A stretch of 64,000 bases of DNA from a bacterium (GTDB lineage: Bacteria; UBA10199; 2-02-FULL-50-16; JAJFLM01): assembly GCA_965216315.1 (NCBI GenBank), contig CBDCFN010000015.1, positions 423,801-487,800 of the forward strand, written 5' to 3'. Under the pieces are notes generated by a model that did not search any database, was not told the DNA's origin, and saw nothing but the letters and a program-made list of their open reading frames with translations. The position numbers and the translations under genes were made by a program. Shown piece after piece: positions 58,901 to 64,000 of this stretch; within the stretch, counting starts at the first letter, position 1; every line of letters starts with the position of its first letter.

Positions 58901-60468
58901 GCGATTTCAAGGTGCCATTCATCGAGAGCTACCTGATTTTCGACACGGGCGCTATCGGTATCGCTTGGATGGAGGGTTAATTCCCGATAGATTTGAGCGA
59001 GGACCTGGCAGCCGCGAATGCGGTCACTGCTGCGGTGGCTCCCAAAGAGGCCCCGTTCGGTCTCGTAGGAGACATAGCGTAAACGACTGTGCCAGTCATG
59101 AATTTCTGATTGAGTCGCTTCGGAACTGGTAAAAATAACGCGTGATTGCAGGGCGACTTCGTTGCGTCGGATAGGTGATAGTTCGTTGCCGGCGAGGAGC
59201 GTGCCCATGGTCCTGCGAAGTTGGCGGACGAGAGGGAGTCCCGAATCACGCACGATCAAGCCCACGGCCAAATTGACCCGGGCGCGTTCGTCCGCCGAGC
59301 TATGCGGTGGGAGCGTTTCATTGATCGCGGCAAAGGTGCGATTGACCAGGGCATTATCCCGCAGCGCGACAAAATGACTCAGACACTCCATCAGCGCGGC
59401 ACGACGGCGCATGGGATCGGTGACTTCCAAGGCGTGGGTCAAGGCTTCGCTGGCCTCACGATGGGCGCGGCCATAGGCGATCAGGCCACTGGCGGAAAAA
59501 TAAGAGGTGCTCAAACGGTCGCCGTCATCGATGACACGATCAATCAGTGCGAGTGACGCATCTAATTCCGTGGATGAAGTTATTAATGGAGAGAGATAAT
59601 CCTGCATCTCATCGCGGATCTGACGCATTTGTGAAACGGCATGTTCTTGATCTCTTCCTTCCGATCCATTGCGAATCACGAGCCAGCCACGCAGCATTTC
59701 CGCGCGGTGATCGACTTGATCCCGTGAGCTGAGCGTATTGTTTGGCAGTTGGCCGATAAGGGCCCGCCAGCGACCGAGATCGATTCTTAAGTCATCCGTA
59801 TCGCCGAGTTCACGACTTATCCGGGCGGCCCGGCGGGCGCTGTCGACTTGAAAAGTATTGGTCGGATCCGTGGAGACCGAGGCGGCGCCAGCGTAATTTT
59901 GACGGAGGGCCGCGCGGATTTGGCGCATTTGGCCTTGAAAAGCTCGATGGGCTTGTTCGAATTCCGAGACGTCTTGGCCTTGCGCGCGGCGGAAGGCGAT
60001 GGTGGTACGGTAAAAGCGATTGATCCGGCGAAGGTCACGAATCAGGTGATCGGGATTCGTATCTTCAGTGATGCGGTTTGTCAGCTGAGTGCATTGTTGC
60101 GTCAGTGTGCGGAGTAAGGCACGTGCGCGGGTCGGATTCGAGCGACGCACCTGACGAAATTCCCGCAGGTTGGCGTCAAACGAGCGGCGCAGTTCAGCGA
60201 GTCCCTCGGGAGTCGTGTTTCCACCGGCGGCGGCCGGTTCCGGACGGACCAGAGCGGGTACATTGAAATAGGCTGCATTGCCCAGGGCCTGCATCGCATC
60301 ACGCGATTCCTGCAGCGACGTCTGCGTCGCGGTCTGGGTCTGGGCCGCTTCGGTCGGGGTCTCCGGTGGCGTTAAGTTGAGCGTAAAAACGGGGTTGCCG
60401 TCACCGCCGGCAGCGGGGACAATGCTCGGTCGGGGTCGCTCAGTTGTAATACTATCTGGTGGTGGCAT
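52978..60468 (-). CDS. Giant 2496-aa protein: helical repeats, hydrophobic helices, HD phosphohydrolase domain, Pro/Ala-rich tail
   Basis: Uninterrupted ORF with AGAGGA RBS; PHDWPH...ALLHDIGYG...H...AIERH...AADNLD. Confidence 0.8.
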   Translation of the reverse strand: MPPPDSITTERPRPSIVPAAGGDGNPVFTLNLTPPETPTEAAQTQTATQTSLQESRDAMQALGNAAYFNVPALVRPEPAAAGGNTTPEGLAELRRSFDANLREFRQVRRSNPTRARALLRTLTQQCTQLTNRITEDTNPDHLIRDLRRINRFYRTTIAFRRAQGQDVSEFEQAHRAFQGQMRQIRAALRQNYAGAASVSTDPTNTFQVDSARRAARISRELGDTDDLRIDLGRWRALIGQLPNNTLSSRDQVDHRAEMLRGWLVIRNGSEGRDQEHAVSQMRQIRDEMQDYLSPLITSSTELDASLALIDRVIDDGDRLSTSYFSASGLIAYGRAHREASEALTHALEVTDPMRRRAALMECLSHFVALRDNALVNRTFAAINETLPPHSSADERARVNLAVGLIVRDSGLPLVRQLRRTMGTLLAGNELSPIRRNEVALQSRVIFTSSEATQSEIHDWHSRLRYVSYETERGLFGSHRSSDRIRGCQVLAQIYRELTLHPSDTDSARVENQVALDEWHLEIALSQWADALATSDVALTARAAHLTQILDIARETNTTERVSGNLRNLATDFASMLDSQINDTSDPNQQIALRHLKFNLLRAAQATLGGFEEPVQYATDDLHSDAYNLETRAREATNPTQRLALLGQAGALYQSLSTTTVEGHDYTTDVRRVLNNSLTAANNENVPFATRIRVTHQVAQQYARLGDTQRATSLINGLRTQAQGFVTQAGQTRTIPQRLQLLSQARTIYAELGDHNQAAAATQEMRQVISNLAGRISQMPTAETRRGAYAFVIQAYRQIGDESAAEAATRQLLTAIRSDEDLSVGDRITWYRQAAALYSDAIPNALDAATEGRSIESRTGRIFRNILSEMRRFGEAQNRTDVTTYTRYMSALSYGNTEEARLRHDAFMNLESANADLLNQVHGTWQQLATRVTAIQEARTGRSTNRRTAMTIHWLGQLIDGQYEGLINEAQDDEDFDGSIVGQIGTAIGLNHRSATVAQRQRERRFMHQFLTRIQTVLDDGDATTTQDAIAHIRESEPETVRRFYRNIGSWSISRSTVDALMSCDRLDAPFVRAQRLLRVSREMIRDDSLDGRVTPTIHSILASIQNSRAAGNFVELPDMFTSISRIVNHRAELSDFYNIQHHLSGTNTLGGQISDTRDLMPYQQGFAQVIDHTFSVEGGLILLASLFTAGLAAELAYGAIIARVGASVTGAILAGAGSFAANVATFNAVNFGLTGVYRGLTGREQMSGEEMFVGARNSTTTFAAITLATMPFRNHPVMRFIAGVSAMVGSEDINHAIGWAPENTQPLGVRLFVGALQFGAIEAGMGAMRSMRSTRAARETPQQEQMRIAAEDIARLRLHGREVSQNRFDIEVNRILNGWEGRADWADRYHNELWQTIWNRTSEYHGRMQEGRRGSETARPEATGNGERMASPAELARLEQARQQAQNGETPAARTREQRIADLPEALQSIVNALTSGIESPQQGIRLSGNLAVLDFVESLNPSQRARLAEAAAQPNTRNNISALLDLAARTPDGNAARFLRSVDGHILEVLATGPEGIFTTLNREGLLHHFTGENPAQHVDAIMQISEPAVRQRALASLAIHEFNQTTHTEAGTRLLRLFGIDAARHEHFPWTTSDLLRRADLYPRILEFRQNFTDSLIRLRGEQNRPAIERFVNDLFEAIVQQDVQDTLLPYTPHDWPHTLQVMRLSEQVFDSSPALRRQLTAQYGSEAQARTMVQIVALLHDIGYGRLRPGESKGIHAIRSGELFQADFAQHLRDVFGIEATDAQFNEAFLAIERHGADKLRFPDDVRAHYNLSHSDVLDIISLMEPYDTNRAARRRALRQQHPNLSERDLNRRVAEAIVEDCRARLRTRYPRMSEAHIESIARTFVRSGYMSASETNHPLLFIIRAADNLDLTASRMRDVQAHPIMMEALMELNQLTERSDFPTEDTPQAQAVRDRMMQPIRDRYIERFRAVMPAHEARVYETLLNGLNESTWPHFEGCLQLRGVRMEETSSGRFVATVFVADTPAGRAIVEGGERIQGALYQIARLHTASDSLTLNNQHIAVRFAVDGRASNRPRVEGFAFGYSPEASFRPQAARVLELTPRQFRDVTDWFARRGSGEQFETHTQMTEAVSRLPRADQLALANHLVGIEGRHLWGASELSSVFGNDWVTQNLRPQAGRPIIRARSGRPTLNGDTLNGLMRARANDLLNMIDAQLGNSITGAARTQLVRRLMSRWQHLAGQRRGSWITDCTRARDTIYEMARRARFNSLDLSALSANQIIDTVSGRTTVHQMLGEPAPAPTLTYTPASRPAPAAPAAAAESSQPGTRNIRMPRRRPQPAPQQPAAAPAAEAAPAPAQAAPAPVVEAAPTPAPAAEAAPQGTRNIRMPQRQPQSAPAAQAVPAPAPAPAAEAAPAPVSRFQQRRSQLIDAVVREARQRYPEYYGENPAGRTRLDGLRTALEATFRDSVLELDLSDIALRSRGNVVLASRHARGI

Positions 60469-60585
60469 ATTTCGTCCTCTATTAAGGACGCAAGGAGGGC
60501 TGAATTTCCGAGTAACGAGTTGCGCATATCCCCCATGCGTCGTTCAAGCTGGTGTTCCCGCACTGAGAACACACACTCTCTATAG

Positions 60586-60602
60586 AGCAAAGGCTGTGCC
60601 AA
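60586..60602 (-). promoter_or_regulatory. sigma54 (-24/-12) promoter of the giant gene
   Basis: Minus strand TTGGCAC-AGCCT-TTGCT. Confidence 0.72.
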
Positions 60603-60746
60603 AATGGGCTGTTCAACGCTTAGGGAAACAACCTATTGAAATTATAAGATAATTTAGAATTGGTGACTCGAGAATTGCCTTAAAGATAGGCAGAGTGTGA
60701 ACGTCATTTGTTCACGTTCACACTGAAAATGTGAACAAATTGATGC

Positions 60747-61670
60747 CTAGATCTCGTAGCGATCCAACCACTCGGCGTATTTCTTCTCTTCTCCCGCGAG
60801 GATGCGGAAGTAGATATCTTGAACTTTTTTGGTGATCGGGCCCGGCTCGCCGGTGCCGATCTGGCGCTTGTCGACCTCACGGATCGGGGTGATCTCCGCG
60901 GCCGTGCCGGTCATGAAGAGTTCATCGGCGGTATAGACCTCGTCGCGCGTGAAGAGGTCTTCACGGACTTCATAGCCCTCGTCTTTGAGGAGCGTTATCA
61001 CCGCGTCACGGGTGATGCCCTCCAAGACGGAATGAGAAAGCGGTGGTGTCTTGACGATGCCGTTCGTAACAAGAAAGATATTTTCGCCCGTGCCTTCGAC
61101 GACAAAACCGTGCGGGTCCATTAGCAGGGCTTCTTCGTAGCCGCAGTCCAAGGCCTCGCGTTTGGCGAGGATGGAGTTGACGTAGTTGGCCACGGTCTTG
61201 GCCTTGGAGAGGTTCACGTTGACGTGATGACGCGTGTAACTCGAGACCTTGCAGCGGATGCCGTGTTTGAGACCTTCTTCGCCGAGATAGGTTCCCCACG
61301 GCCACGCGACGATAGTCGTCCGCGTTGGATTGTTGGCCTGGAGTCCCATCTCGCCATCCCCGACAAAGACAAGGGGGCGGATGTAGGCGTGTTTGAGACC
61401 GTTTATTTTTAACAGCTCGCGGGTGGCCTTCATCAGGTCTTCGGCTGTGTGATCAAACTTGATGGCCATGATATGGGCGGAACGTACGAGGCGATCCATG
61501 TGTTCGCGATGACGGAAGATGGCCGAGCCGCCGTCTTTCAGTTCATAAGCGCGGATGCCCTCGAAGACGCCCATTCCATAGTGCAGCGTATGCGTGAGCA
61601 CGTGGACGTTCGCGTCGTCCCAATCAACGAATTTTCCATCCAACCAAATCTTTTTTTGTTTCTCAACCAC
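60747..61670 (-). CDS. ilvE: Branched-chain amino acid aminotransferase
   Basis: HTLHYGMGVFEGIR, YIRP, EGTGENIF, LEGITR, GTAAEITP. Confidence 0.95.
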   Translation of the reverse strand: MVEKQKKIWLDGKFVDWDDANVHVLTHTLHYGMGVFEGIRAYELKDGGSAIFRHREHMDRLVRSAHIMAIKFDHTAEDLMKATRELLKINGLKHAYIRPLVFVGDGEMGLQANNPTRTTIVAWPWGTYLGEEGLKHGIRCKVSSYTRHHVNVNLSKAKTVANYVNSILAKREALDCGYEEALLMDPHGFVVEGTGENIFLVTNGIVKTPPLSHSVLEGITRDAVITLLKDEGYEVREDLFTRDEVYTADELFMTGTAAEITPIREVDKRQIGTGEPGPITKKVQDIYFRILAGEEKKYAEWLDRYEI

Positions 61671-62712
61671 GTTGAAAAATCTCCTCTATCGCCTCTCCGT
61701 AAGGAGCTCGCAGTATACCACGCTCGGTGATAATTGCCGCCACCAATTCGTTGGGGGTTGCGTCAAAAGCGGGATTCCTGACGGTGATACCTTCCGGCGC
61801 GACGGCCTGTCTATAAAAATTAGTGACCTCTTCGCGGGGCCGCTCCTCGATGGGGATCTGCTCACCATTCGGGGTCTCACGGTCGATCGTTGAGAGCGGG
61901 GCGGCGACATAGAAGGGAATGCCATGCTCTTTGGCGAGTATCGCGACGTTGTAGGTTCCGATTTTATTCGCGATGTCCCCATTGGCGGCGATACGATCGG
62001 CGCCGACGATGACGCAGTCGATTTTTTTCTGCCGCATGAAATAGGCCGCCATATTATCGGTGATCAGGGTGACCGGCACGTTGTTTTTTTGCAGCTCCCA
62101 TGCGGTCAGCCGGGCGCCTTGGAGAAAGGGGCGGGTTTCGTCGGCGAAGACGCTGATGTTTTTGCCCGCTTCGACGGCCGAATAGATGACACCGAGGGCC
62201 GTGCCATGTCCGGCGGTGGCAAGCGCGCCGGCATTGCAATGGGTCAAGACCGTCTGGCCATCTTCCAGTAAACTTGCTCCGTGAGCCCCCATCTGTTGAT
62301 TGATGGCGACGTCTTCCGCGAGGATATTCTGGGCCTCTTGGAGGAGGCGTGCCTGCAACTCAGCCAGCGGCAGGTCTTGTTGGGCCGCGAGGACGGCCTT
62401 CATGCGGTCGAGCCCCCATTTTAAATTGATGGCAGTGGGTCGCGTCGAAAACAGCACATCGCAGGCGGTTTCGATGTCGCTTTGTAGCTCCTCAAAACTC
62501 TTAGCCTTGGATTCACGCGCGGCGAGCGCGACGCCAAAGGCGGCGGTGACCCCAATCGCCGGGGCGCCACGGACCACCATGTCTTTGATTGCCGCGGCGA
62601 CTTCTCGATAGGTCGAGTAGGAGAGATACTTTTCCTCCTGCGGGAGAATGCGTTGGTCGATTAAATAGAGTTGGTCGTTTTTCCATTCGATCGTGTTGAA
62701 ATTTAAAGTCAT
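61663..62712 (-). CDS. mtnA: Methylthioribose-1-phosphate isomerase
   Basis: DQRILP, VRGAPAIG, THCNAGALAT, DETRPFLQGARLTAWEL, GADRIAANGD.ANKIGTY. Confidence 0.95.
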   Translation of the reverse strand: MTLNFNTIEWKNDQLYLIDQRILPQEEKYLSYSTYREVAAAIKDMVVRGAPAIGVTAAFGVALAARESKAKSFEELQSDIETACDVLFSTRPTAINLKWGLDRMKAVLAAQQDLPLAELQARLLQEAQNILAEDVAINQQMGAHGASLLEDGQTVLTHCNAGALATAGHGTALGVIYSAVEAGKNISVFADETRPFLQGARLTAWELQKNNVPVTLITDNMAAYFMRQKKIDCVIVGADRIAANGDIANKIGTYNVAILAKEHGIPFYVAAPLSTIDRETPNGEQIPIEERPREEVTNFYRQAVAPEGITVRNPAFDATPNELVAAIITERGILRAPYGEAIEEIFQRG

Positions 62713-62728
62713 TGCGTAGTCCTTAATT

Positions 62729-62812
62729 GACCTCCCCCTAACCCCCTCCTTCGTAAGGAGGGGGGAATTGCTACTCCCTCTCCTTGCTAAGGAGAGGGCT
62801 GGGGAGAGGTCC
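62729..62812. repeat. Double-hairpin MITE-like element (family B, stand-alone copy)
   Basis: Arms near-identical to 41134-41222; TAATT present on both flanks. Confidence 0.85.
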
Positions 62813-63999
62813 TAATTGAGTTTCTTCCTTAACAATTCATTAGCCAACTTCGGATTTGCCTGCCCCTTCGTTTGCTTCATCACCTGCCCCACAAAAAACC
62901 CGATCAGCCCTTGATTTCCACCTTTATATTTTTCCACCTCTTTGGGATGGTCGGCAAGTATCTGGTCGATGATAGGCTCAAGCGTCTCACTGTCGGAAAC
63001 CTGAACCAAGCCTTCTGTTTCAACAATCTTGGCGGGTTCCTCTCCTGATTCAAAAGCCTTACTAAAGACCTCTTTCGCTATCTTGCCGCTGATACTGCCA
63101 TTGTCGATCAGCTCTAGCAACTGAGCTAGGTGTTGCGGCGTTAGTTTTGCTTCGCTGATCTCAATGCCCGCTTGGTTGAGCTCGCGTAAGAGTTCACTGA
63201 GTATCCAGTTGCCGGCTTTCTTGGGGTTGGCACCGGCCCTGATCGTGGCTTCAAAAAAATCAGCGAGTTCGCGCGACTGGGTCAAGGTATCGGCGTCCGT
63301 TTCACTCAGCTCATAGGTTTCCATAAAGCGTTGGGCCTTGGCCCCTTGCAGCTCGGGCAAGGAGGCGGCGATCTCATTGACCCAGGTCGGTGCGACGTTG
63401 AGACTTAAGAGGTCAGGGTCCGGAAAATAGCGGTAGTCGTTGGCCTCTTCTTTGCTGCGCATCGACTTAGTCAATCCTTTGTCGGCGTCCCACAAACGCG
63501 TTTCTTGCACGACTTCACCTCCGGACTCAATGACATCTTGCTGTCGGGCGACCTCGTAGTTAATCGCTTTTTCAACGTTCTTGAAAGAGTTAATGTTTTT
63601 GAGCTCAGCACGGGTTCCAAATTGCTCTTGGCCCACGGGCCGTATCGACACATTTGCGTCGCAACGCATGCTGCCTTCTTCCATGTTGCCATCACAGATG
63701 TCCAAGTAGCGTACGATGTTGCGGATTTGTTTGATGTAGGCGACGGCCTCCTCGGCCGAACGCATGTCGGGTTCGCTGACAATCTCGACTAAAGGAGTGC
63801 AGGCGCGATTGAGATCAACCCAGCTTGCACCAGAAGTGCGGGTTTGCGGATGTTCGTGCAAGAGTTTGCCTGCATCCTCTTCCATGTGAATGCGGGTGAT
63901 GCCAATACGTTTCGTTCCGGCCGCGGTATGAATATCGATATGTCCCTGTTCGCACAGAGGAAGTTCATACTGAGAGATCTGGTAACCTTTGGGCAGATC
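62812..63999 (-). CDS. gatB: Asp/Glu-tRNA amidotransferase subunit B, 5'-truncated by the window edge
   Basis: DLPKGYQISQ, HMEEDAGK, DLNRAC.PLVEIVSEP, RSKEEANDYRYFPDPDL, GFFVGQVMK. Confidence 0.96.
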   Translation of the reverse strand, partial: DLPKGYQISQYELPLCEQGHIDIHTAAGTKRIGITRIHMEEDAGKLLHEHPQTRTSGASWVDLNRACTPLVEIVSEPDMRSAEEAVAYIKQIRNIVRYLDICDGNMEEGSMRCDANVSIRPVGQEQFGTRAELKNINSFKNVEKAINYEVARQQDVIESGGEVVQETRLWDADKGLTKSMRSKEEANDYRYFPDPDLLSLNVAPTWVNEIAASLPELQGAKAQRFMETYELSETDADTLTQSRELADFFEATIRAGANPKKAGNWILSELLRELNQAGIEISEAKLTPQHLAQLLELIDNGSISGKIAKEVFSKAFESGEEPAKIVETEGLVQVSDSETLEPIIDQILADHPKEVEKYKGGNQGLIGFFVGQVMKQTKGQANPKLANELLRKKLN

Positions 64000-64000
64000 G

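Overview
A 64 kb chromosomal segment from a moderately GC-rich bacterium. TIGR02147, CarD, a Myxococcus-type Cys repeat and AmgK-MurU suggest a 'Deltaproteobacteria'-grade lineage; this is an inference. Most of the window is housekeeping: a deoxynucleoside kinase, a nitrite/sulfite reductase, lacD, an aspartate aminotransferase, coaD, rsmD, valS, nadC, parA, hrcA-grpE, thiL, an rlmD-like methyltransferase, amgK-murU, rlmE, tRNA-Phe, carD-ispD-ispF-cysS, uvrB, uvrC, ilvE, mtnA and partial gatB. Three toxin-antitoxin-like pairs and many orphan genes are interspersed. Most notable, all read by eye: (1) Several families of short palindromic elements. One 71-bp TA-bounded element sits in-frame in both the reductase gene and nadC with a covarying hairpin. 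A double-hairpin family brackets a DUF559 endonuclease gene and also occurs alone. (2) A wHTH + nucleotidyltransferase cassette lies between two copies of the nadC 3' end. (3) A degenerate lysine 5,6-aminomutase pair lacks the B12-binding His and has gained a large RGG/acidic disordered tail and a possible membrane-targeting helix. (4) A recurrent sigma28-like motif (GCAAC-N14-GCCGATAA) precedes orphan genes and ORF-less structured RNAs. (5) A sigma54-type promoter drives a 2496-aa protein with hydrophobic helices and an HD domain. (6) A c-di-GMP-I riboswitch precedes a protein with a Flp-pilin-like segment and a Cys repeat. No database searches were run.
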